From the NCBI GenBank assembly GCA_030649305.1, contig JAUSFV010000006.1, positions 32 to 64,031 on the forward strand: a stretch of DNA of 64,000 bases. Direction: 5' to 3'. Positions 47,533-56,326 of the stretch are shown here, piece after piece. The translations under genes were made by a program, and so were the position numbers. The stretch is from a bacterium. Its GTDB lineage: Bacteria > Patescibacteriota > Minisyncoccia > Sungbacterales > GWA2-42-14. A model generated the notes under the pieces. That model was not told the origin of the DNA and ran no database searches. It saw only the letters and a list, made by a program, of their open reading frames with translations. Numbering within the stretch: position 1 is the first letter of the stretch; each line of letters starts with the position of its first letter.

Positions 47533-48606
47533 ATGGCTACATCTTACGAACAACAAATTATAGATGCCATAAAAAAAGCCCTCCCCGCGGTGGTCAGTAT
47601 TGTGGTAAGTAAAGACCTTGAAGATATTAAGAAGAGTAACCCCTTCGGATATTTTCAGCTTGGCCAGGAAGCTCCCGCAGGAGAAGAAATTCCGGAATCG
47701 GCACTTGATGAGCTCCCGCGCACGAAAGAAGGAAAAATCAAAGTCGGCGGCGGCTCCGGCTTTATTGTTTCACACGACGGACTCATTTTGACAAATAAAC
47801 ACGTCGTAATGGACCCAAGCGCTGAATACAGCATTATTACCGCAACTGATGACCTCTATCCCGCGCGCGTACTCGCGCGCGACCCGATTAATGATGTCGC
47901 AATTCTCAAAATTGAAGCGGAAAAAGAAACCTTGCCCGTCATTCCCATCGGCGACTCAAATACGGTAGAACTTGGACAAAGCGTCATTACCATCGGAACG
48001 GCTCTCGGCGAATTCCAGAATACCGTCTCCACCGGCATTGTATCAGGCCTCTCGCGATTTATCACCGCCGTCACGGATTTGATGGGCCATCAGGAACGCC
48101 TGCGCGGCCTTATTCAAACGGATGCCGCGATTAACCCGGGAAACTCTGGGGGGCCCTTAGTGAATTTAAAGGGTGAGGCCATTGGCATTAATTCGGCTGT
48201 GGTATTTGGCGCGCAAAACATCGGCTTTGCCATTCCCATCAATAAAGTAAAAGAAGACCTTGATGCCTTTCGTAAATTCGGAAAAATCTCAAAACCCTTT
48301 CTTGGCATCCGCTATCTTTTGATCAACAAGGCCATCCAGAAAAAATTCAACCTGCCCGTTGATGCAGGCGCCATGATCCTGCGCGAGCACGGACCGGATT
48401 CGCACGGCATCGTTCCGGGAAGCCCCGCCGAAAAAGCTGGCCTCAAGGACTACGATATTATCCTCGCGTGCAACGGCAAGCTCCTCTCAGAAAAAACGAC
48501 CCTGGAAGATATCCTGGATTCGGTTGCCATCGGCGACACGGCTTCGCTCACCATCCTCCGAAACGGAAAGGAGGCTGAATTAAAAATGATGGTAGGAGAG
48601 CGGTAA
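47533..48606 (+). CDS. HtrA/DegP-like serine protease with PDZ domain
   Basis: GSGF, TNKHVV, DVAILKI, TDAAINPGNSGGPL; no obvious signal peptide. Confidence 0.95.
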   Translation: MATSYEQQIIDAIKKALPAVVSIVVSKDLEDIKKSNPFGYFQLGQEAPAGEEIPESALDELPRTKEGKIKVGGGSGFIVSHDGLILTNKHVVMDPSAEYSIITATDDLYPARVLARDPINDVAILKIEAEKETLPVIPIGDSNTVELGQSVITIGTALGEFQNTVSTGIVSGLSRFITAVTDLMGHQERLRGLIQTDAAINPGNSGGPLVNLKGEAIGINSAVVFGAQNIGFAIPINKVKEDLDAFRKFGKISKPFLGIRYLLINKAIQKKFNLPVDAGAMILREHGPDSHGIVPGSPAEKAGLKDYDIILACNGKLLSEKTTLEDILDSVAIGDTASLTILRNGKEAELKMMVGER

Positions 48607-48680
48607 TACCACGCAAGGCGCAAAGCGCTTATCGCAAAGCGCCGACGATGCGCGCTTCGCGATTTGCAATTTGCTACATT

Positions 48681-49058
48681 ATGTTTTTTTTATTATATCT
48701 CCGCTGGCACTACACGGCGGGCCTCCGCACTGCCGCTTTCAACGCCCTCGCCTATCCGATGGCGTTTTTAGAATATTTTTCAGTACCGCATCTTTCACGA
48801 ACCCTCTTTTCCACGTGGCACCACGACCTCATGAGCTATGGCCGAGGGTTTGACCCGGCGGATTTTTTGTGGGTGCTTGCCGGAAACATTCTCTCGCGCA
48901 TTATTGGTTCAATCGTTCGCGTCATTACCATCGCCATCGGAATTTTCGTAAGCGCCGCCGCGTTTTTCGCGCGGGCGCTTTTTCTTTTTCTTTGGATTTT
49001 CCTTCCCGTGCTTATCCCCTTCTTTTTTCTGCGAGGCCTCTTACTTCTATTCTTTTAG
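48681..49058 (+). CDS. Hypothetical membrane protein upstream of the Clp ATPase
   Basis: Hydrophobic; FSVPHLSRTLFSTW; 6 bp from the next gene. Confidence 0.75.
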   Translation: MFFLLYLRWHYTAGLRTAAFNALAYPMAFLEYFSVPHLSRTLFSTWHHDLMSYGRGFDPADFLWVLAGNILSRIIGSIVRVITIAIGIFVSAAAFFARALFLFLWIFLPVLIPFFFLRGLLLLFF

Positions 49059-49064
49059 ATCACC

Positions 49065-51479
49065 ATGCGCTTTTCTTCCTCACAATTTTCCGCAGCGGTC
49101 CTGCTTGATCGCGCCCTCCCCGAATCCCTCCTCCGCACCCTCAAAATCTTTTCGGGGATTTTTGCGCTAGGAGCGCTTGCCGTGGATATCCAAATGGGCG
49201 CGCAAAATGTCGCGCTCGGCATTTTCCTTGTTAGCGCAAGCTTCTTTTTTACCTTTTCCCTTCTTTCCCAATTCGTCCAAAGCCAAAAATCAAATCTCCC
49301 CCGCATTCTTCCGCTGTCCCTCGGAAGTGCGGAGGAAGAAACAAAACGAATCACGCTCTGGCGCAACTATTGTGATTTTGAAAGTACAGCCATCGTCTCT
49401 CGCGCGTCCGCGCTTTCAGTTTCATCACTCGGGCTTCAGCTTCTGAAAAGCCATTTTGGCCGCTTTTTTCTTGAACGAACCGGCATACAAAAAGAGGCAT
49501 TTCTTACCGCACTTTCGGATACTTCTTCACTTGATGAAAGCCGGTTTGCCGAAGCCCTGCTTCGCGAAGCCATTCACGCGGGGCATCCAGCGATACGCCC
49601 CTCCGACATCCTTACGGTTCTCACCCGCGCGTCGGATCCGTTGAAAAAGCTTATGTCCGGCGCAAACCTTCAGGAAAAAGATTATCCGGCGCTTGCGCAA
49701 TGGTATGAAATCGGAAAAGAACATACTCGCCGCCGCTCGTTTCTCGAAACGCTTATTGCCGCACCGGGCATCGGAAAGACATGGGCATTCTCCTATACCC
49801 CGCTTCTTGACCAATTTTCCAAAGAACTAAACGTAGCGGCGGGGAAAGAATACCTCCATATTGCCGCGCATAAAAAAGAAATAACATTTCTTGAAGAAGC
49901 GCTCTCAAAATCGGAGAACGCGAATGCCATTCTCGTGGGAGAACCGGGTGTCGGGAAAACAACCATCATCAAAGGACTTGGAAAGCGAATTCGAGAAGGA
50001 CGAAGTGCCGCGGCACTCAACTATAAACGCTTGGTACTCATTGACATGAATGCGGTGATTTCGGAAAAAAATTTCGGCGACCTTGCGGGGATTCTCACGG
50101 CAATCCTACGGCAGGCCGAAAGTGCAGGAAACGTCATTCTCGCGATAGACAACATAGAACAATATCTTATTCCGGGGTCCCCCGTAAATGTGTCCGAAAT
50201 TCTCTTGCCATTCTTAAAATCATCCCGCATCAACATCATCGGAACGGCAACGCGGGGGGGCTATGAAAAATCAATAGCGCAAAATTCCCTCATGCGCTCT
50301 CTTTTTGAAGTCGTTTCCGTTGAAGAACCCGGCAAAGAAATGATGATTACGATTCTCGGGGACATTTCTCTCCATCACGAAAAACAATACGGAGTGCGCG
50401 TGCGATATCAAGCGCTCAAAAAAATCTATGAATACGCCGCGTCCTTCTCCTCAGATATTCCCTTTCCCGAAGCCGGACTTGAGGCGCTTGAAGAAATATT
50501 TGTTGCATCCGCAAAAAGGGGGGGCTCTATCGGAGAAGAAGAAGTATCCTCGATCTTTAGTGAAAAAAGAAAAGCCCCGATTGGGGTACCCGAAGAAAAA
50601 GAAAAGGTGATGCTACTTTCTTTAGAAACGGAGCTTGGAAAACACATTGTTGACCAGCGCGGAGCGCTTCTGGCTCTTGCGAACGCCTTACGCCGCGCGC
50701 GGGCCGGAGTCGTATCGCGCAACAAACCCCTTGGCACGTTTCTTTTTCTCGGCCCCACGGGAGTCGGAAAAACCGAGACCGCAAAAGCGCTTGCTCGACA
50801 TTACTTCGGAGGGGAGAACGCCATGGTACGCTTTGATATGTCCGAATATCAAAATCCGGAAGATACGGCGCGCCTCATTGGGTCGGAACAGGGGGGTATT
50901 GCGGGCGCCCTTTCCTCCGCAGCGCACGAACATCCGTTTTCTTTGATGCTCTTTGATGAAATTGAAAAAGCACATCCGAATATCCTGAATCTCTTTTTGC
51001 AAATTCTTGATGAGGGGCGCCTCACGGATGCGTTTGGAAAAACCGCGTCTTTCAAAAACGCAATTCTCATCGCGACCTCAAACGCGGGTGCCGAATTTAT
51101 CCGGCAGGAACTTTCGCATGGAAGAAATAACTATGAATCACTCCAAAAAGACCTTGTTGATTTCGTGCTCCGCGAAGGCATATTCAAACCGGAATTCCTG
51201 AACCGCTTTGACGGCGTTATTGTATTCAAGCCACTCTCGCCGGAAGAGGTCAAAGAAGTCGCGCGCCTCATGCTTGGAGCCCTTGGAGAGCGCCTGAACG
51301 AACAGGGATACGAACATGAAATAACCGAGGAAACGCTTAGAACTGTTGCCGCAAAAGGATATAACGAAACGTTTGGTGCCCGCGAATTGCGGCGCGTCAT
51401 CCAGGACGATGTGGAATCACGCATCGCGCGGGAAATTCTGGAGGAAAAATATCAGAAAGGAGACACGATACAAATATAA
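49065..51479 (+). CDS. ClpA/B-type double AAA+ ATPase with N-terminal TM segments
   Basis: GEPGVGKT, GPTGVGKTE, RFDMSEY, FDEIEKAH, PEFLNRFD, GARELRR. Confidence 0.93.
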   Translation: MRFSSSQFSAAVLLDRALPESLLRTLKIFSGIFALGALAVDIQMGAQNVALGIFLVSASFFFTFSLLSQFVQSQKSNLPRILPLSLGSAEEETKRITLWRNYCDFESTAIVSRASALSVSSLGLQLLKSHFGRFFLERTGIQKEAFLTALSDTSSLDESRFAEALLREAIHAGHPAIRPSDILTVLTRASDPLKKLMSGANLQEKDYPALAQWYEIGKEHTRRRSFLETLIAAPGIGKTWAFSYTPLLDQFSKELNVAAGKEYLHIAAHKKEITFLEEALSKSENANAILVGEPGVGKTTIIKGLGKRIREGRSAAALNYKRLVLIDMNAVISEKNFGDLAGILTAILRQAESAGNVILAIDNIEQYLIPGSPVNVSEILLPFLKSSRINIIGTATRGGYEKSIAQNSLMRSLFEVVSVEEPGKEMMITILGDISLHHEKQYGVRVRYQALKKIYEYAASFSSDIPFPEAGLEALEEIFVASAKRGGSIGEEEVSSIFSEKRKAPIGVPEEKEKVMLLSLETELGKHIVDQRGALLALANALRRARAGVVSRNKPLGTFLFLGPTGVGKTETAKALARHYFGGENAMVRFDMSEYQNPEDTARLIGSEQGGIAGALSSAAHEHPFSLMLFDEIEKAHPNILNLFLQILDEGRLTDAFGKTASFKNAILIATSNAGAEFIRQELSHGRNNYESLQKDLVDFVLREGIFKPEFLNRFDGVIVFKPLSPEEVKEVARLMLGALGERLNEQGYEHEITEETLRTVAAKGYNETFGARELRRVIQDDVESRIAREILEEKYQKGDTIQI

Positions 51480-51607
51480 TTTAAAATTTCTAAAAAGCTG
51501 CTCCGACTTAAATCGGAGCAGTTTTTTATCTACAGTTTATATTTGACATCAAGTTGTCCTATTGCTATATTAAAATGAGTTCTTCAAACTCTTCGGAGGA
51601 GAAAAAG

Positions 51608-51988
51608 ATGGTCGAAATGAAACGACTGATTTTTGGAGAAGGGCTTATGTCTCCTTCTCTCGACGGAAGTAAACGGTTTACGATTCGAAAATACCGCGAA
51701 GGTTCGCATGATTTCACGAAAGGAGAAATTATCAAAGGCGAATTCAAAGACGGATTAACCATTCTTCTCCAAATTACTGAGGACACCAAAAAAGGCACAT
51801 TCAATGATTTAAAGAAACAAAAACGAGATCTGAATAAGAACGGCTATTATTTTGACAAGCAGTACTTTGATGATTTAGCCGCATGGTACCCGGACCTCAC
51901 CTGGGATGATGTAGGCGCGATCGTTTTCTTTGAAATCTTAAAAGTGAACGGCGTTTCTGTCGTAAGCATCAATGAACACACAAAGTAG
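51608..51988 (+). CDS. Hypothetical protein, possibly ASCH/PUA-like
   Basis: GSKRFTIR motif, ...YPDL; GGAGG RBS. Confidence 0.6.
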   Translation: MVEMKRLIFGEGLMSPSLDGSKRFTIRKYREGSHDFTKGEIIKGEFKDGLTILLQITEDTKKGTFNDLKKQKRDLNKNGYYFDKQYFDDLAAWYPDLTWDDVGAIVFFEILKVNGVSVVSINEHTK

Positions 51989-52086
51989 AACCCGACAATG
52001 TCGGGCTTTTTTTATAAAACAAAAAAACTCCCATACGGGAAGCTTTGCATCTTACAAATAGAAATGGATAGCTAACCTCCAGTTTA

Positions 52087-52476
52087 TTAGGATATACCAA
52101 GCAATTTTTTTATCTCTGTCACAATCTCGCCCGGCAACGTATTTGCCTTGATGAAATACCGCGCGACTTTAAGGCGCTCGGCATCCTCGGTGTGGTGGGG
52201 ATCGGAAAGATTGGAAAGAATAATTACAATGGTATCCTTTCCCTCGGGAAGCGCCCGGACATCCCCGACGAACTCAATCCCGTTTTTCACAGGCATCAAA
52301 ATATCCACGAGAAGCAGGGCGGGGTGTTCTTTCTTGAATACCGCAAGCGCCTCCTCTCCGTTTTTTGCAACAAAAAGTTCCGCAAATCCCTCTTTTATGA
52401 TTGCGTCAGACAGGAGCTGAATCATAAAATCATCATCTTCGGCAAGGAGTATTTTGTATTTTGTTGATTCTGCCAT
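52087..52476 (-). CDS. Single-domain response regulator
   Basis: ILLAEDD, LLVDILMP, LSN, YFIK. Confidence 0.93.
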   Translation of the reverse strand: MAESTKYKILLAEDDDFMIQLLSDAIIKEGFAELFVAKNGEEALAVFKKEHPALLLVDILMPVKNGIEFVGDVRALPEGKDTIVIILSNLSDPHHTEDAERLKVARYFIKANTLPGEIVTEIKKLLGIS

Positions 52477-52652
52477 GGTTGTAGTATATCACATAGTATT
52501 ATTTAAAAAAGCAGGGTGTGTATAAAACAGATGATGCCAATTTACAAATCTCATGCCAATAATGCGAATTGCAAATCGTAACCGGTATTCGCAATTTGTA
52601 GATTTGCATACTATTCGCATCACATTGGCATCATACTTGGCGAATTACTTTC

Positions 52653-53888
52653 TCACGGCAAAAAATACGACAACCAATTCTTCACCCCTGATACCACCCT
52701 CCCGAGCGATGTCGTATAAAAATACGGGTCTTTGCCGGAGGAACGATTCAGGTGCCATGCAACAAGACCAAGTGCCACCGGAATCTCCGACAAAAAATCA
52801 TGCGCCTCACCCGCTCCCTCAAGAAAATCGGATTGCGAACCAATTTCAACCGGAAGCCGGAGTTCGCGCTTTGCCAACTCCACAATCCCCGGAATCCGTG
52901 ATGCCCCGCCGATCAGCACCACCCCCGCGGGAAGCAACCCCATACGATCCACGCGCTTCAGCTCCTTCATGCCGAGTTCAAAAATATCCCGAAAGCGCGC
53001 TTCAATAATTTCAGCCAAATTCCGCTGGGGGAAAAGTGCCGGGTCATCAGGAATAAATTCGGCAAGTTTGATAACTTCGCGCTTGGAAAATACCTCGGGC
53101 AGAGAGTGGCCGAAACGAAGCTTAATGGCTTCTGCCGTGCTCACAGCCGTTTTTAAACCAATCGCGATATCGTTCGTAATGTGATTTCCCCCGACAGGAA
53201 ATACTCCGGCACTCAAAAGGCGCCCCTCTTCATACACGGCAAAATCCGACGTACCCGCGCCGATATCAAGCAACATCACCCCGAGTTCTTTCTGCCGTTT
53301 TGAAAGCGCTGCCTCTGATGCGGCAAGCGGAGAAAATACCACGTCCTCAACGGTAACACCTGAGGACTCAATACATTTAAGCAAACTTGCAACGGCAGAA
53401 CGCAGGCCGTCAATAATGAGCGCGTCCGCCTCAAGACGAATACCCACCATCCCGACGGGATCCTTAATGCCGCCCTCGTTATCAATCCGAAATTCTTTCG
53501 GAATAATGTGAACGATGTCGCGATTCGGATTTTTCGGAGCCAAATTTTCTGCGGCAGTAAGAACGCGCTTCACGTCATCGTCAGAAATTTCGCCGTCAGC
53601 CCTTCCCACCGCGACAACTCCGCGCGACGTAAAAGAACCCATATGCGTCCCGCCGATACTCGCGATACACGAACGAATCTTCACGTTTGAGGAGCGCTCC
53701 GCCTCTTTCAAGGATTTTTTTACAGCGGAGGAAACCTCGTCAATGTCAGCCACCGCACCCCTTCGCATGCCAAAAGCAGGTACACGGCCGAGCCCGAGTA
53801 CCCTGATTTTTTCTTTCCCCGTCCGCTCGCATACCAACGTCGTGACACTATTCGTTCCGATATCAATTGCGGTTATTATGCTTCGCAT
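52653..53888 (-). CDS. ftsA: Cell division protein FtsA
   Basis: AIDIGTNSV, DPVGMVGIRLE, LDIGAGTS, GGNHITNDIA, EIIEAR. Confidence 0.97.
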   Translation of the reverse strand: MRSIITAIDIGTNSVTTLVCERTGKEKIRVLGLGRVPAFGMRRGAVADIDEVSSAVKKSLKEAERSSNVKIRSCIASIGGTHMGSFTSRGVVAVGRADGEISDDDVKRVLTAAENLAPKNPNRDIVHIIPKEFRIDNEGGIKDPVGMVGIRLEADALIIDGLRSAVASLLKCIESSGVTVEDVVFSPLAASEAALSKRQKELGVMLLDIGAGTSDFAVYEEGRLLSAGVFPVGGNHITNDIAIGLKTAVSTAEAIKLRFGHSLPEVFSKREVIKLAEFIPDDPALFPQRNLAEIIEARFRDIFELGMKELKRVDRMGLLPAGVVLIGGASRIPGIVELAKRELRLPVEIGSQSDFLEGAGEAHDFLSEIPVALGLVAWHLNRSSGKDPYFYTTSLGRVVSGVKNWLSYFLP

Positions 53889-53889
53889 A

Positions 53890-53982
53890 ATACTCGACAC
53901 CAATACACAAATCGCTCACGAATGTCACGAATACGATTTTTCATTAGTGTCATTCGTGCCCATTCGTGTGTTTGTGTCGGGC
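53890..53982. repeat. ~93-bp intergenic repeat family B, copy 1
   Basis: ATACTCGACACCAATACACAAA..CACGAATGTCACGAATA..TTAGTGTCATTCGTGCCCATTCGTG; copy at 55333. Confidence 0.9.
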
Positions 53983-54360
53983 TTACCAAAATATTTTTGC
54001 AAGAATTCGCCCTTCCAGCTTCTCAAACTTCTTCGCTGCCGCACCCCCCCCTTCATGATGTATCCCACCTAAGTGCATCATACCATGCACCGCCATCCAT
54101 GTCATCTGATATTTGTACGTATTTCCTTGCGCTTTTGCCTCTTTTTTTATAACGTCCGGACACACCAAAATCTCGCCGTATTCGGAGCCGTAACGGAATG
54201 ATAATACATTCGTTGGTTTGTTTTTTTTGCGGTAACGGCGATTTAATTCCTGCGATGTTTTCTTGCTAATTTCAATAAAAGCTACCTTTCGTGGTAGCTT
54301 TTTTTTAAGGTATTTCGGAAACAGCTTGACAAGTTTTTTTACAACAGATAAGCTATCCAT
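53983..54360 (-). CDS. ybeY: rRNA maturation endoribonuclease YbeY
   Basis: LNRRYRKKNKPTNVLSF, GEILVC, HGMMHLGGIHH. Confidence 0.92.
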   Translation of the reverse strand: MDSLSVVKKLVKLFPKYLKKKLPRKVAFIEISKKTSQELNRRYRKKNKPTNVLSFRYGSEYGEILVCPDVIKKEAKAQGNTYKYQMTWMAVHGMMHLGGIHHEGGGAAAKKFEKLEGRILAKIFW

Positions 54361-54389
54361 AGCACACTCAAAATAAAATAGGAGAAGTA

Positions 54390-54590
54390 ATGAAAAGTGC
54401 GCGACACACCTTGCTCGAAATGCTAGATGAGAACGGCGGGAAAATGAACTTAAAGGAAATTGAAAAAAGGATGCGAGCTGCAAAATGTGTAGGAAATGGC
54501 GTAGAACCAATAGACGTCGTTCACGCTGCCGGCAGAGACGGTCAGTTAATTTATGACCCAAAAACACAAACCGCCACTCTTATTTATTGA
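54390..54590 (+). CDS. Small hypothetical protein (wHTH-like)
   Basis: 66 aa; AGGAG RBS; opposite strand inside the operon. Confidence 0.55.
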   Translation: MKSARHTLLEMLDENGGKMNLKEIEKRMRAAKCVGNGVEPIDVVHAAGRDGQLIYDPKTQTATLIY

Positions 54591-54845
54591 AAACTAATGT
54601 TTTTATCCACCGCATTTTTAACAAAAAAAATGCGGCTTTTTTATTTCCCCAAAACTTTTTTCACCATACTCCCCCCCCAAAAAAAACGGGGGGAAGAAAA
54701 GAAATCCTTTTGGCGGAGCTCTCGCAGGCAGAAAAAGCTTGGTTTTTTGTGAAACAAAAATTTTTCTGCCGAGAGGCAGTGGTGCTCGCCCGCAGGAGGC
54801 GGGCAACCACGATCCGACAAAAAGATTTCTTTTCTATACCAAACT

Positions 54846-55334
54846 CTATCCTAGCACTTTCTTCACTACTCTACTCACCCGATCCCCCGACGCCTGCCCC
54901 TTCGCGCGTTTCATAATTTCTCCCATAACACGGCCAAAATCTTTTTGCGTGACCTCACCAAGCCCGCCCACAACCTCGCCAACAATTTTTTCAAGCTCCT
55001 CGTCCGACATCTCCTCGGGCAAGTACGATTGTAGCATTACAAGTTCGCGTTTTTCACGCTCCGCCGCCTCCTGCCTTCCGCCTTTTTCATACCCCTCAAT
55101 CGCATCTTTTCGTTTTTTTGCCTCCGTGCGAATTGTCTCAACCATTTCCTCATCCGTCAATTGCGATTCTTTTTCCAGATTCTCCGTACCCCCCCTTTTG
55201 CTTAATTTGGTTCGTTTCTCAATCTCCCGGTTCCGAACCGCGGCAAGCAACATCCGAAGCGTTGAAAGCAAATCGCCCTCGTGTTCCCTAAGGGCTTTTT
55301 TCGCATCATCTTCTATTTTTTGTTTTAGCGTCAT
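54846..55334 (-). CDS. GatB/YqeY domain protein
   Basis: LSTLRML, EAKKRKDAIEGYEKGGR, YLPEEMS, DFGRVMG. Confidence 0.95.
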   Translation of the reverse strand: MTLKQKIEDDAKKALREHEGDLLSTLRMLLAAVRNREIEKRTKLSKRGGTENLEKESQLTDEEMVETIRTEAKKRKDAIEGYEKGGRQEAAEREKRELVMLQSYLPEEMSDEELEKIVGEVVGGLGEVTQKDFGRVMGEIMKRAKGQASGDRVSRVVKKVLG

Positions 55335-55425
55335 ACTCGACACCAATACACAAAATTTTCACGAATGTCACGAATAACGATTTCCCGTTAGTGTCATTCG
55401 TGCCCATTCGTGTATTTGTGGCGGG
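55333..55425. repeat. ~93-bp intergenic repeat family B, copy 2
   Basis: Near-identical to 53890..53982. Confidence 0.9.
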
Positions 55426-55426
55426 T

Positions 55427-55657
55427 CTATCCGCGGATTTCCTCATCCAATTTGCCAAGCTTAATCAGCCTTCTTTTCTCTTTAATCACCCCCATTCGCC
55501 GAAGCGCGCGGTCTTTTGTGGCGCGTTTACTTGGCGGCGGTTGATAAAAGCGCCCCCGGCGCGCCCGAATCAAAATACCCGACTGCTGGACTCTGCGGGT
55601 GAACCGACGGAGCATTGCCCCGATAGTCTCATGATTTTTTCGTTTGACGTACACCAT
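55427..55657 (-). CDS. rpsU: 30S ribosomal protein S21
   Basis: ETIGAMLRRFTRRVQQSG; upstream of yqeY. Confidence 0.85.
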   Translation of the reverse strand: MVYVKRKNHETIGAMLRRFTRRVQQSGILIRARRGRFYQPPPSKRATKDRALRRMGVIKEKRRLIKLGKLDEEIRG

Positions 55658-55665
55658 AACAATAA

Positions 55666-55773
55666 AATTTCTAATTATTAATTTCTAATTAACCTAATCA
55701 AATCCCAACAAAATTAGACATTCAGGGGTTAGGCATTTATTAGAAATTAGGTCAATTAGGAATTAGACATTTG
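55666..55773. repeat. ~110-bp CTAATT/AATTAG repeat family C, copy 1
   Basis: TTTCTAATT..ATTTCTAATT.ACCTAA...ATTAGAAATTAG.TCAATTAGGAATTAGACATTTG; copy at 56169. Confidence 0.85.
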
Positions 55774-55816
55774 AAGACATGCGATAATTCTCCAAACTCC
55801 AAATCCTTCAAGCGAT

Positions 55817-56170
55817 TCATACGCGATACTCGTCTGGATTATCCTCCCTCCCCCATCCTCCGAGCAAATGCAGATGCAAATGATCAATCACCTGCCCCCC
55901 CTCTCTGCCTACATTAAATACTAATTTATATCCTTTCAAGCCCTTCTCTGCGGCAATCTGTTTTGCGCGATAGATTAATTTTGCAATCATGTCGCTATGA
56001 TTTTCCTGCAAATACGCGATGGACTCAACATGTTCTTTTGGAATCACAAGAATATGTACGGGGGCAGATGGCCGAATGTCTTTGAAGGCCTTAATTTCGC
56101 CGTCCTCATACTCAATCTCGGACGAAACCTCGCCCTGCGCAATTTTACAAAAAATACAATCTGAATACAA
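55817..56170 (-). CDS. HIT family nucleotide-binding protein
   Basis: DCIFCKI, APVHILVIPK, GQVIDHLHLHLLGG; TTG start. Confidence 0.95.
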   Translation of the reverse strand: MYSDCIFCKIAQGEVSSEIEYEDGEIKAFKDIRPSAPVHILVIPKEHVESIAYLQENHSDMIAKLIYRAKQIAAEKGLKGYKLVFNVGREGGQVIDHLHLHLLGGWGREDNPDEYRV

Positions 56171-56279
56171 TTTCTAATTACTAATTTCTAATTGACCTAA
56201 ACAAATCACAAACCCCAATTCACAAAATTAGTCATCGGGCATTGATTAGAAATTAGATCAATTAGGAATTAGACATTTG
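56169..56279. repeat. ~110-bp repeat family C, copy 2
   Basis: Similar to 55666..55773. Confidence 0.85.
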
Positions 56280-56326
56280 CAAACACCGATAAACGAATAT
56301 GCCTCTCTGCAAACATCCTACACCCC

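Noticed and set aside
37360-52652. Prophage or integrative element explaining the block
   Set aside because: No integrase, transposase, phage structural gene or tRNA-Arg 3' duplication was seen
54587-54845. ORFs or RNA in the spacer between the small wHTH gene and yqeY
   Set aside because: Homopolymer-rich with short hairpins, and no convincing coding or RNA family signal
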